DNA of 64,000 nucleotides from the NCBI GenBank assembly GCA_963731865.1, contig CAVSXG010000002.1, forward strand, positions 455,271 through 519,270, written 5' to 3'. The translations under genes were made by a program, and so were the position numbers. The DNA is from an uncultured Chloroflexia bacterium. GTDB taxonomy: Bacteria; Chloroflexota; Limnocylindria; Limnocylindrales; CSP1-4. The notes beneath the pieces are model-generated. The model saw only the letters and a program-made list of their open reading frames with translations, was not told the DNA's origin and did not search any database. Below, piece after piece: positions 45,511 to 54,611 of this stretch. Within the stretch, counting starts at the first letter, position 1; the number at the start of each line of letters is the position of its first letter.

Positions 45511-47769
45511 GTGACCGAATACATCGAGATCCGCGGAGCGCGGGAGAACAACCTCAAGGACATCTCGCTGCGGATCCCGAAGCGCCAGATCACGATTTTC
45601 ACGGGCGTCTCGGGGTCCGGGAAATCATCCGTCGTGTTCGACACGATCGCGACGGAAGCCCAGCGCCAGCTGTACGAGAACTTCAGCCTGTTCATTCGCA
45701 GCTTCCTGCCGCGCTATCCGCAACCCGAAGCGGACGCCATCGAGAACCTCAGCATGGCCGTGATCGTCGACCAGAAACGCCTGGGCGGCGGCTCGCATTC
45801 GACGGTCGGCACGATCACCGACATCTACACCGTGCTGCGGCTCCTGTACTCGCGAGTCGGCGAGCCACACGTCGGCTACTCCAACGCGTTCTCGTTCAAC
45901 GATCCCCAGGGGATGTGCCCCGAATGCAACGGTGTTGGCAAGAAGATCGGGATCGCGTCTGAGGACTTCCTCGACCTCGACAAGTCGCTCAGTGAAGGAG
46001 CGATCACGGTCCCGTTCTGGGGCAGCTGGGAGGTCGGCGCCTACTCGGCTTCGGGCTTCTTCGACAACGACAAGAAACTCCGCGACTTCTCGGCCGAGGA
46101 GATGGACCTCCTCCTGCGTGGCAAGGACCGCAAGTACAAGCTGCCGGTCGGGGACAAGATGATGAACGCCACGTATCTCGGCGTCATCGAGAAGATCGAG
46201 CAGTACTTCATCAAGCGCGACATCAAGACGCTCTCCGAGCGGACGCAGAAGGCGGTCGAGCCGTACCTGCGACCAAAGACCTGTCCGTTGTGCAAGGGCG
46301 CTCGGTTGAGCCAGGCGGCCCTCGCGTCGAAGGTCGAGGGCCATTCCATCAACGAGCTGTCCGCGATGGAGGTTGGCGATCTCATCGCGCTCCTGCATGG
46401 GATCAAGGGCGCCACAGCCGCCCCGATGGTCGCGATGCTCGTGGAGCGGCTCCAGCACATGGTCGATATCGGGCTCGAGTACCTCAGCCTCGATCGCGAG
46501 ACCGACACGCTTTCGGGCGGCGAGTCGCAGCGGATCAAGACCGTCAAGCACCTCGGCAGCAGCCTCGTGGACGTCGCCTACATCCTCGACGAGCCGAGCA
46601 TCGGTCTGCACCCCCGCGACGTCCATCGCCTGACCGAGTTGCTCCAGAAGCTTCGCGACAAGGGCAACACGGTGATCGTCGTCGAGCACGACCCCGACGT
46701 CATGAAAGTGGCCGATCACATCATCGACATGGGTCCGCTCGCCGGCAGGGGTGGTGGAGAGGTGGTCTTCGAGGGCACCTACGCCGAGCTTCGGAAGGCC
46801 GACACACTGACCGGGCGCTTCCTGGATCGGTCGCTGCCCGTCAAGGAGACCGTGCGCCAGCCGAAGGATTGGCTGCCGATCCGCAACGCGCGGGCGAACA
46901 ACCTCAAGGGCGTGGACGTCGACATCCCGACCGGCGTCCTGACGCTCATCACGGGTGTGGCCGGATCGGGCAAGAGCTCGCTCATCGACGAGGTATTCCT
47001 GCCAGACCATCCCGAGGCGATCGTCATCGACCAGTCGGCGGTCGGGACCTCGACGCGGTCCAACCCGGCGACGTACACGGGCGTCATGGACGACATCCGC
47101 AAGGCCTTCGCCACCGCCAACAAGGTGGACGCCGGGTTGTTCAGCTTCAATTCGAAGGGCGCCTGCGAGACGTGCAACGGCGCGGGTGTCATCTACACGG
47201 AGCTGTCGTTCCTGGGTGGCGTGAAGAGCCCCTGCGACACCTGTGACGGACGGCGGTTCAAGGAGGAGGTCCTCACGTACAAGCTCGACGGGAGGAACGT
47301 GAGCGAGGTGCTCGAGCTGACCGTGGCCCAGGCGCTGGAGTCCTTCAGCCAGAAGGAGATCGTCCGCAAGTTGCAGGCCATGAGCGACGTCGGGCTGGAC
47401 TACCTGACGCTTGGTCAGCCGTTGAGCACGCTGTCCGGCGGTGAATGCCAGCGGATCAAGCTGGCAAGCGAGCTCCACCGGAAGGGCAACATCTACGTGC
47501 TCGACGAGCCGACGACGGGGCTCCACATGTCGGACACGACCCATCTTCTGCAGATGCTCGATCGCCTGGTCGAGGCCGGCAACTCGGTCATCGTGATCGA
47601 GCACAACCTCGATGTCATCCGCAACGCGGACTGGGTCATCGACCTTGGTCCCGAGGGTGGCAGTCGGGGCGGGGAGATCGTCTTCACCGGGACCCCGACG
47701 GAGCTGATGAAGGCGAAGGGCTCGTTGACCGGCCAATACCTGCGCGGAGCGGAGCGGGTCGCCGCCTGA
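45511..47769 (+). CDS. UvrA-paralogue ABC ATPase (short, DrrC/UvrA2-like class)
   Basis: 752 aa, intact. 'IRGARENNLKDISLRIPKRQITIFTGVSGSGKSS', Zn modules 'CPECNGVGK', 'CPLCKGARL', 'CETCNGAGV' and 'CDTCDGRRF'. ABC signatures 'LSGGESQRIK' and 'LSGGECQRIK', second Walker A 'GVAGSGKSS'. It is about 190 aa shorter than canonical UvrA. Confidence 0.9.
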   Translation: MTEYIEIRGARENNLKDISLRIPKRQITIFTGVSGSGKSSVVFDTIATEAQRQLYENFSLFIRSFLPRYPQPEADAIENLSMAVIVDQKRLGGGSHSTVGTITDIYTVLRLLYSRVGEPHVGYSNAFSFNDPQGMCPECNGVGKKIGIASEDFLDLDKSLSEGAITVPFWGSWEVGAYSASGFFDNDKKLRDFSAEEMDLLLRGKDRKYKLPVGDKMMNATYLGVIEKIEQYFIKRDIKTLSERTQKAVEPYLRPKTCPLCKGARLSQAALASKVEGHSINELSAMEVGDLIALLHGIKGATAAPMVAMLVERLQHMVDIGLEYLSLDRETDTLSGGESQRIKTVKHLGSSLVDVAYILDEPSIGLHPRDVHRLTELLQKLRDKGNTVIVVEHDPDVMKVADHIIDMGPLAGRGGGEVVFEGTYAELRKADTLTGRFLDRSLPVKETVRQPKDWLPIRNARANNLKGVDVDIPTGVLTLITGVAGSGKSSLIDEVFLPDHPEAIVIDQSAVGTSTRSNPATYTGVMDDIRKAFATANKVDAGLFSFNSKGACETCNGAGVIYTELSFLGGVKSPCDTCDGRRFKEEVLTYKLDGRNVSEVLELTVAQALESFSQKEIVRKLQAMSDVGLDYLTLGQPLSTLSGGECQRIKLASELHRKGNIYVLDEPTTGLHMSDTTHLLQMLDRLVEAGNSVIVIEHNLDVIRNADWVIDLGPEGGSRGGEIVFTGTPTELMKAKGSLTGQYLRGAERVAA

Positions 47770-47800
47770 GGCGTTCCCCAGGCGGCGTATCCGTTGGCGT

Positions 47801-48622
47801 CTATCGCTTGACGATCACCGCCTCGAGGTATTCGTTGGGCACGACCATCGTGCCGTCGTCGGCACGATTGAACCGCGCGATCAGCTCCAGGAAGTCCGCG
47901 CGCAACGCCGGTGCTCCGGTCTCGCCGACGGTGGCGAACGCCTTCAATGTCGGGCCGTAATAGCGCTGCCAGTAATCGACGAAATGCTCGGGAGAGCTGT
48001 CGCGAAAGACGTAGTGGCGCTTCTCGACGTGCATCTCTGCGATGTTGTCCCCGAAGAGCTCGCGCAGGCGATCTTCCGTGCCCCACAGGACCGGCGAACG
48101 GAGTCCGGCCGGCGGCGGCACGTGCTTGCCGATCACCTTGAACAGCTGGCCGATGAACCCGTCGGGCGTGTGGGCAACGAGACCGATGCGACCGCCCGGC
48201 TGGCAGACGCGGGCGAGCTCGCTAGCGGTCTTCTCCTGGTCGGGGGCGAACATGGTGCCAAACACGGAGCTCACGACCTGGAAGGTCCCGTCCGCGAATG
48301 GGAGGTTCTCGGCATCGCCCTCCACGAACTCGACCTCGACGGCCTCGGCCTCGGCGCGTCGGCGAGCCTGCTCGAGGAGTGCTGGGACGTAGTCGACCCC
48401 CACGACGGCACACCCGCGTCGAGCGGCGGCCAACGCCGCATTGCCACTGCCCGTCGCGACGTCGAGGACACGCTCGTTCGAATGGACATCCAGCGCCTCG
48501 ATCAGGAGCTCCGATACGATCAGGATCTGGGTCCCGATCATGTGGTAGTCGCCGCTCGCCCAGGTGGCCTGTTGGCGCTGCTTGATCGCGGCGAAGTCCG
48601 GCTGGGTCGCGATTTCGATCAT
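47801..48622 (-). CDS. Class I SAM-dependent methyltransferase
   Basis: 'VLDVATGSGNAALAAARRGCAVVGVDYVPALLE' and 'GDAENLPFADGTFQVVSSVFG'. ATG 48622 follows GGAGG; the ORF is open to 48691. Confidence 0.85.
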   Translation of the reverse strand: MIEIATQPDFAAIKQRQQATWASGDYHMIGTQILIVSELLIEALDVHSNERVLDVATGSGNAALAAARRGCAVVGVDYVPALLEQARRRAEAEAVEVEFVEGDAENLPFADGTFQVVSSVFGTMFAPDQEKTASELARVCQPGGRIGLVAHTPDGFIGQLFKVIGKHVPPPAGLRSPVLWGTEDRLRELFGDNIAEMHVEKRHYVFRDSSPEHFVDYWQRYYGPTLKAFATVGETGAPALRADFLELIARFNRADDGTMVVPNEYLEAVIVKR

Positions 48623-48851
48623 TTCGTTGCCTCCGTTTATGGGTGGAGATTGGTCATGCGAAGCCTCGGCGCTGAACGGGTGCCGTCGCATCTGGAGGAC
48701 TCCTTATCTTTGGGAGGCTCCACTGTTCATTTCGTCTGACGTCGCGATCGCCCTGTTTGGGTCCCCTGGCTGATTTGAGGCGATTGCAAGCCGGGTTGGG
48801 TGAAGGTGACCCGAACGATCCGTCACGGGACAGGTATCAAGGGAGGATCCG

Positions 48852-49745
48852 ATGACCGACACGGAGAACCTGTTCAAGCTCCGGGGCGGCAGGACGGTCG
48901 CGGTCCACGAGCTCGCGACGCCCGATGAACCGGACGGCTCGTCGAGAACGATCGTCTTTTTCCACGCCGCACCCGGGGCCGGGAACTTCGACCCCGATCC
49001 AACGGAGACATCGGCACGGAATGTCCGCCTGATCGCCGTGGATCGCCCGGGGTACGGTGGCTCGGAACCCGTAGCGATCGGGGAATGGGCGTCTGTCGAT
49101 CGGGCCGTCGAGGACACCGCCGAGGTGCTCAAGGACCGCGGCATCGAACGGGTGAGCGCAGTAGGCTGGTCGGCCGGCGGACGCGAGGCGCTCGCCCTGG
49201 CCGCTCGATACCCGAATCTCGTCGACCGTGTCGCGGTCATCGCGACGCCGGCGCCAGACGAGGCGGTGCCATGGGTCCCACCCGAGCAGCGAGCCGGACT
49301 CGAGGCGCTCCGCGGAACCCCCGCGGATGAGGTTCACGCGGCACTGACCGAACAGATGGGCGCGATGGTTCCGCCAGATCCGTCCGACCCGAAGGCTGTA
49401 GGTGTGGTGGGAGGGGGTCCGGCCGACGAGTCGGCCTTGTCGCGCGATGGTGCCCGCCAGCGCGTCGCGGCAATGCTTGCCGAAGCATTCGCGCAGGGCG
49501 CCGTGGGCATGGCAGCTGATGTGGCCGGGTATGCGCTTCGACCGTGGGGGTTCGACCCGGGCGACGTTCGACAGAAGGCGCTACTGATCTATGGCGCCCA
49601 GGACAGGCTGGCGGGCGCCAGGCACGGCCGGTGGTGGCAGGAACGCCTGCCGAACGCTCGACTCGAGATGGTCCCGGATGCCGGGCATCTCGTCGTTATC
49701 CCCATGTGGAAGCGCGTCATGTCCTTCCTGGCGCCGAGCCGCTGA
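48852..49745 (+). CDS. Alpha/beta hydrolase
   Basis: 'IVFFHAAPGAGNF', 'LIAVDRPGYGGS', nucleophile elbow 'AVGWSAGG' and the C-terminal 'VPDAGHLV'. AGGGAGGA precedes the ATG. Confidence 0.85.
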   Translation: MTDTENLFKLRGGRTVAVHELATPDEPDGSSRTIVFFHAAPGAGNFDPDPTETSARNVRLIAVDRPGYGGSEPVAIGEWASVDRAVEDTAEVLKDRGIERVSAVGWSAGGREALALAARYPNLVDRVAVIATPAPDEAVPWVPPEQRAGLEALRGTPADEVHAALTEQMGAMVPPDPSDPKAVGVVGGGPADESALSRDGARQRVAAMLAEAFAQGAVGMAADVAGYALRPWGFDPGDVRQKALLIYGAQDRLAGARHGRWWQERLPNARLEMVPDAGHLVVIPMWKRVMSFLAPSR

Positions 49746-49822
49746 CCTCCAACGCCGGCGACCCCTGGTCCGCCCCGCGGGCCAGGGTTTTCCTGGCATA
49801 TCCAAGTGGACCATGGCGGCCG

Positions 49823-50317
49823 GTGACCGTAGGGTTGATTGGTGAGACTGGCCCGATTGTTTCCGATCGTGTCGCTACTGGTCCTCGCGGAGGTCTCGCC
49901 ACGACGGGCAAGCTGCTCGCTGTTGTCGACCGGACGGTCGACGCGCCGGCCATCGTTGCCGCCCTCGGTCAGGCAGGCATCGACACATCAGAGGTGTCGC
50001 TGCTTCGCGGCACGGAGGGCGCGGCACGAATCGACGCGACCGGTGTCGAGGGCGGGTTGTGGGCACGCCTCCGCCAGGCCACGTCATTCGCCCTCGTCGA
50101 TCAGATGCCAGACTTCGTGCTCTACCAGGCGGCGATCCTGGACGGGCGCACGGTGCTCGCGATCCCGATCCCTTCGGACGAATCGAAAACCGCCGTGGTC
50201 CGGATCCTTCGCGAGCACGGCGCACACTTCATCAACCTCTACGGCCGGTTCGCCACGGAAGAGCTCGACGCCTGGCGCGGTCCGGAGCTCGAGATCCCGA
50301 GCCTCCTGCGCCGGTGA
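49823..50317 (+). CDS. Hypothetical protein (start uncertain: GTG 49823 or TTG 49835)
   Basis: The frame is continuous with coding-like composition: 'GKLLAVVDRTVDAPAIVAALGQAGIDTSEVSLL...VLAIPIPSDESKTAVVRILREHGAHFINLYG'. No family recognised. Confidence 0.45.
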   Translation: MTVGLIGETGPIVSDRVATGPRGGLATTGKLLAVVDRTVDAPAIVAALGQAGIDTSEVSLLRGTEGAARIDATGVEGGLWARLRQATSFALVDQMPDFVLYQAAILDGRTVLAIPIPSDESKTAVVRILREHGAHFINLYGRFATEELDAWRGPELEIPSLLRR

Positions 50318-50494
50318 CCGCCAGCCGCGCTAGCGCGCTCCGATCATCTTGGACGCCGGGGACTGTCCCTCGCAAGCTGACCGTCGGGAGGGCTAGCCGC
50401 ATCCGCGCCCCGAGGGTGACCGCATTGCGCGCTCGCGTCGGAGCGGGTCCAATGACCGGGTAGGCTGGACCGCCAAAGCGTGAGGAAGCAACCG

Positions 50495-51490
50495 ATGAAA
50501 GCCGCCCTGCAGGACCGATATGGCCCGCCCGAGGTTGTGCGGCTCGTCGACGTCGATCAGCCGATCCCCGTGGACGACCAGGTGCTCGTGCGGGTGCACG
50601 CGGCGTCCGTAAACCGAGCCGATCTCGATGGTTTCGGTCCGCGGCCGGGCTTCGTACGCCTCTTCATCGGGATCCGTGCTCCGAGGAACCATCGAACCGG
50701 GCTGGACGTGGCCGGCGTCGTGGAGGCCGTCGGCCCGACCGCGAGTCGATTCCAACCAGGCGACCGGGTCTTCGCAGACCTGTACACGCAGGGAGGCGGC
50801 GCCTTCGCGGAGTACGCGTGTGCGCCTGAGAAGGTATTCGAGCGGATCCCTGACGAGATGTCGTTCGAGGACGCGGCCACGTTGCCGCACTCGGCGATCC
50901 TCGCCGTCCAGGGCCTGCGGCTGCGCAGTGGCCGAACCATTCGCCCGGGCGACAAGGTCCTGATCGATGGTGCGTCCGGCAACGTCGGCCCGTTTGCCGT
51001 CCAGCTCGCCAAGGTCATGGGCGCGAAAGTGACTGGCGTGGCGAGCATGGGCAAGCTCGACTTCGTCCGATCGCTTGGTGCCGATCACGTGCTCGACTAC
51101 AAGGCCGTCGATTACACCAGGGCTCGGGAGCGGTACGACTGGATCGTGGATACCGACTCCCACCACTCGATCGTCGCCGTCCGGCGCGCCCTCCGACCAC
51201 ACGGCGTTTACGTCACGCTCGGTGGTACGGCGCTCCCGATCTTCAGTGCCCTGCTGCTCGGATCCTTGATCTCGAGGTTCAGCAGTCGCTACAGCGGGCT
51301 CCTGCTGTGGTGGAAACCGTTCAATCCCGCCGATTTGGCGGCGGTGACGACCTTGATTGCCGAGGGGAAGGTCCGGCCGGTCATCGACCGGCGGTTTCCC
51401 TTGGCGGAGATCGTCGAGGCACTCCGTTACGTTGACGACGGCCATGCCAGAGGCAAGGTCATCATCACGATGGGCGCGGCCGACTCCTAG
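50495..51490 (+). CDS. Medium-chain dehydrogenase/reductase (quinone oxidoreductase-like, NAD(P)-dependent)
   Basis: 'VLVRVHAASVNRADL', 'GLDVAGVVEAVG', 'VLIDGASGNVGPFAVQLAKVMGAKV' and 'GHARGKVII'. ATG follows GAGGAAG. Confidence 0.85.
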   Translation: MKAALQDRYGPPEVVRLVDVDQPIPVDDQVLVRVHAASVNRADLDGFGPRPGFVRLFIGIRAPRNHRTGLDVAGVVEAVGPTASRFQPGDRVFADLYTQGGGAFAEYACAPEKVFERIPDEMSFEDAATLPHSAILAVQGLRLRSGRTIRPGDKVLIDGASGNVGPFAVQLAKVMGAKVTGVASMGKLDFVRSLGADHVLDYKAVDYTRARERYDWIVDTDSHHSIVAVRRALRPHGVYVTLGGTALPIFSALLLGSLISRFSSRYSGLLLWWKPFNPADLAAVTTLIAEGKVRPVIDRRFPLAEIVEALRYVDDGHARGKVIITMGAADS

Positions 51491-53040
51491 TCCTCGGGCC
51501 CCCTCCTGGGGCTCCCGAGCGGCGGCTGCACGGCGCCACTCATGGCACGGGCGACCGCGAGCTGGAGAGCCGGCACCTTGAACGGCTTCGGCAGGAACTC
51601 GCCGAATTCCCTCAGGTTCGTGGGGCGATCGACAAGTTCCGCCGCGTATCCGCTGGTGAGGATGACCCTGATATCGGGCCGGTCCGTCCGGATTGCGCGC
51701 GCGAGCTCGGACCCATGGAGCCCCGGCATGACCACGTCCGTCAGGAGCACATCGATCGCCCCCTCCCAGGCCTGGGCCGCCGCGATCGCATCGGTTCCGC
51801 TCCCTGCCGTCAATACCGTGTAGCCGATCGACTCGAGCGTTCGACGGCAGAGCTCGCGAACGGGCTCGTCGTCGTCGACGACCAGCACCACGCCGTCGCG
51901 ATCGACCACCGGCGGCGTGGCCCGGCGACCCTGGACGACGATGGATGGGCTGACTTCGTTCGAGAAGTCGACTCGCGGGAGATCGATGTGGAAGGTGGCG
52001 CCCGCACCCGGTGCCGTCTCGACGCTGATCTGACCACCGGATTGGGCCACGATCCCGAATACGGTCGAGAGCCCGAGCCCGGTACCCTTGCCCTCCGTCT
52101 TGGTCGAAAAGAACGGATCGAACATCCTCGCCTGGGTCTCTTCGCTCATCCCGAACCCGCTGTCCTGGACCGTGATGCGCACGAATGGCCCCGCGGTCAG
52201 GTCCGCGTCCGGCCGCTCCGGGTCCATCGGCGCGAGGTCGTGGACACCGATCTCGAGCGTGCCGCCAGTCGGCATGGCATCGCGAGCGTTGATCGCCAGG
52301 TTCACGATGACCTGCTCGAGCTGTGTCGCATCGACCAGCACCCAGGCGTGATCTGGCGCAATCACGACGGTCAATTCGATCCCGTCCCCGAGCAGCGGCC
52401 TGAGCATCGGCACCAGGCCCGACACGACACTGCCCGGGTCGATGTCCGTCGGAACCAGGACTTGACGGCGAGTGAATGCCAGCAACTTGCTGGTGATGGC
52501 GCTGGCCCGCTCGGCGCCGATCAACACCTGGTCCAGGTCATTGCGGGCGGGATCGTCCTCGACGAGCTGCCCGAGGGCAAGTTCGGCGAACCCGTGGATC
52601 GACGTCAGCAGGTTGTTGAAGTCGTGGGCGATCCCGCCGGCGAACTGGCCGATCGCCTCGAGGCGCTGGTTCTGCATGATCTGCGCATCGATGCTGCGCT
52701 TGCCGCTGACGTCACTCACGTTGAGCATGACCCCGACGTACACGTCCCCGTGGTAGATCGGGCTCCCGGCCAGGAGAACAGGCAGATCGCGGCCGTCCAG
52801 TCGACGCAGGCTGAGCTCCATCCGCTCGCCCGCGTGCGTCCGCTGCCGGTCGAGGAACGCTTCGACGCCGCTTCGCAGATCGGCATCGACGAAGTCGACC
52901 AATGGACGGTTGCGCATCGCCGCACGGGTTGTGCCGAGAAGGACAGCGATCGCGCGATTCACATACGTCGTTCGTCCGTCCGCGCCCAGCAGCCAGACGC
53001 CGTCAAACATTCCATCGAAGATCGATCTGAGCCGGCCCAT
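51487..53040 (-). CDS. Hybrid sensor histidine kinase / response regulator (PAS-HisKA-HATPase-REC)
   Basis: PAS has 'FDGVWLLGADGRTTYVNRAIAVLLG'. H-box is 'GGIAHDFNNLLTSIHG'. HATPase has 'INARDAM' and 'GKGTGLGLSTVFGIV'. REC has 'VLVVDDDEPVRE...LLTDVVMPGLHG'. The start is set at ATG 53040; the ORF is open to 53322 through an R/P/G-rich stretch that looks non-coding. Confidence 0.85.
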   Translation of the reverse strand: MGRLRSIFDGMFDGVWLLGADGRTTYVNRAIAVLLGTTRAAMRNRPLVDFVDADLRSGVEAFLDRQRTHAGERMELSLRRLDGRDLPVLLAGSPIYHGDVYVGVMLNVSDVSGKRSIDAQIMQNQRLEAIGQFAGGIAHDFNNLLTSIHGFAELALGQLVEDDPARNDLDQVLIGAERASAITSKLLAFTRRQVLVPTDIDPGSVVSGLVPMLRPLLGDGIELTVVIAPDHAWVLVDATQLEQVIVNLAINARDAMPTGGTLEIGVHDLAPMDPERPDADLTAGPFVRITVQDSGFGMSEETQARMFDPFFSTKTEGKGTGLGLSTVFGIVAQSGGQISVETAPGAGATFHIDLPRVDFSNEVSPSIVVQGRRATPPVVDRDGVVLVVDDDEPVRELCRRTLESIGYTVLTAGSGTDAIAAAQAWEGAIDVLLTDVVMPGLHGSELARAIRTDRPDIRVILTSGYAAELVDRPTNLREFGEFLPKPFKVPALQLAVARAMSGAVQPPLGSPRRGPED

Positions 53041-53467
53041 CGGCACCTGGCCGACTGACGTTCGCGGCCTGCTTGCCGGAATCAGCGACCCGCCTCCATC
53101 GTCAAGGCGCTTTCCGCTGCCCGGCAACCTGCCGCTGCTCGGCGAGCCGACGTTCCTCGGCAGGCTTCGATTGCGATACGGCGAGGTCGGCGCGTGGCCT
53201 TTGGTCAAGTGTCCTCCCATCGACGTCGCCAGCGTGGCAACGCGACCCGTGCCCGCACCTCCCGTCCCGGAGCGTGGAGGTCGAGCCTGATGAACGATCC
53301 CTGAACATACTGCAATCGTCATGACAGGCCGTCACGTGGAGCGGGTTGGAATCCTGCCGCCGGTGCCACCACTCCACGGGCGGCGTGAACGCATTGGCGC
53401 CTCCCGCTGCCGTCCGGCTCCGGTAGGCTTTCCGGGGACGAGACGACCGACACGACGGGAGGCCGCC

Positions 53468-53716
53468 ATGCTCTTTCACATCAAGCAATCTCACGCGCCG
53501 GCCGACTGTCCCTATGGCAAGGGTGGCTCGAAGTCGCTGTTCGACGAGAACGCCTCGGGCATCAAGCTCCACGGGTACTGGCTGGCGTTCCCGGAGCACA
53601 CCACGTTCCTGGTCGTCGAGACCGACGACGCTGTGAACCTGCAGGCGTTCCTTCGCCCGGGCGCGAACCGGTGCACGGCCGTGATCACGCCCGTCACGGA
53701 CCAACCTGCCTCCTGA
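53468..53716 (+). CDS. Small hypothetical protein (82 aa, possibly DUF3303-like)
   Basis: 'MLFHIKQSHAPADCPYGKGG...TTFLVVETDDAVNLQAFL'. GGGAGG lies 6 nt upstream of the ATG. Confidence 0.5.
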   Translation: MLFHIKQSHAPADCPYGKGGSKSLFDENASGIKLHGYWLAFPEHTTFLVVETDDAVNLQAFLRPGANRCTAVITPVTDQPAS

Positions 53717-53732
53717 TCCAGGCGTAGTCTCG

Positions 53733-54545
53733 TTGCCCAATCCGGTGGAACCGGGTCTCGCCGCTAATCTCTGGCGCGCATACGGCGCCCATGCCGAATG
53801 CATGTTCGCCCACGGTCCTGCGCCAATGACCGTGCTCGGCAACACGACGTTCCTGGTCCTGTCCGGCGGCGATCACGTCGATCTCAACCAGGCTGGCCTG
53901 TTCGAAGGCGCAACAACCGCGGACGCCAGCGAGCTCGCCCGGCTTGTCGTCGAGGCCGGTCGTCCCGTGCTGCTCGGCCGGTCATCGACGGTGTCGCGGG
54001 GGATCATGGACCCGCTCGAAACCGTGGGGTTCCGCGCCATGGCAGCGACGGAGCACCTCTTCTGGATGCCCGGCGTCCCGATCGAACAGCCATCCACATT
54101 CGATGTTCGCCGGATCGAGACGGACGCCGACATCGGGGCCATGCAGGCGATGTTCCTGGAGGTCCATGGCTACGAGCCGGAGCTGACGGCGACGTTCCAC
54201 GGAGACGCGATCCGGTCGGACGAGGGGGTGACCGGCTGGATCGCGTGGGACGGGGATCAGGCCGCGAGCCTCACGTTCGTCACCGAGGTGAGGACGAGCC
54301 TCGGCGTTTGGGAGGTCATGACGCCGGTCCAGCACCGGCGTCGCGGCGCAGCACGGGCGGTGGTCGCGACCGCGTTGCGAGCGGTCGCGTCCGCTTCCTC
54401 GTCACCGATCGAGCGCACCGTGCTCTGGTCCTCACCGGCCGGGGCCCCGCTCTACGACGCACTCGGTTTCAGCGTCGGGGATACCGTGCAAGCCTGGGTC
54501 GTGGGCGCCAGCGAGGCCGACCTGGCGGCCGTGGGCGCCGGCTGA
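53733..54545 (+). CDS. GNAT-family acetyltransferase (two-lobed)
   Basis: The C-terminal half 'LGVWEVMTPVQHRRRGAARAVVATALR...SSPAGAPLYDALGF' is a GNAT acetyl-CoA-binding core. Confidence 0.65.
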   Translation: MPNPVEPGLAANLWRAYGAHAECMFAHGPAPMTVLGNTTFLVLSGGDHVDLNQAGLFEGATTADASELARLVVEAGRPVLLGRSSTVSRGIMDPLETVGFRAMAATEHLFWMPGVPIEQPSTFDVRRIETDADIGAMQAMFLEVHGYEPELTATFHGDAIRSDEGVTGWIAWDGDQAASLTFVTEVRTSLGVWEVMTPVQHRRRGAARAVVATALRAVASASSSPIERTVLWSSPAGAPLYDALGFSVGDTVQAWVVGASEADLAAVGAG

Positions 54546-54611
54546 AAGGCGTCGGGGGAGCGACGAGACCTCTAGCGATGCTGGTCGCCCGGGGGTACCG
54601 TACTGTCCGAG

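Noticed and set aside
45625-47736. 703-aa ORF on the minus strand, one of the longest in the track
   Set aside because: It lies exactly antisense to the UvrA-like gene, which has unambiguous Walker A, ABC-signature and zinc-finger motifs. The antisense product is Arg/Ala/Gly/Asp/Leu-rich with no recognisable motif. This is a typical shadow ORF of GC-rich DNA, where stop codons are rare in the antisense frame.
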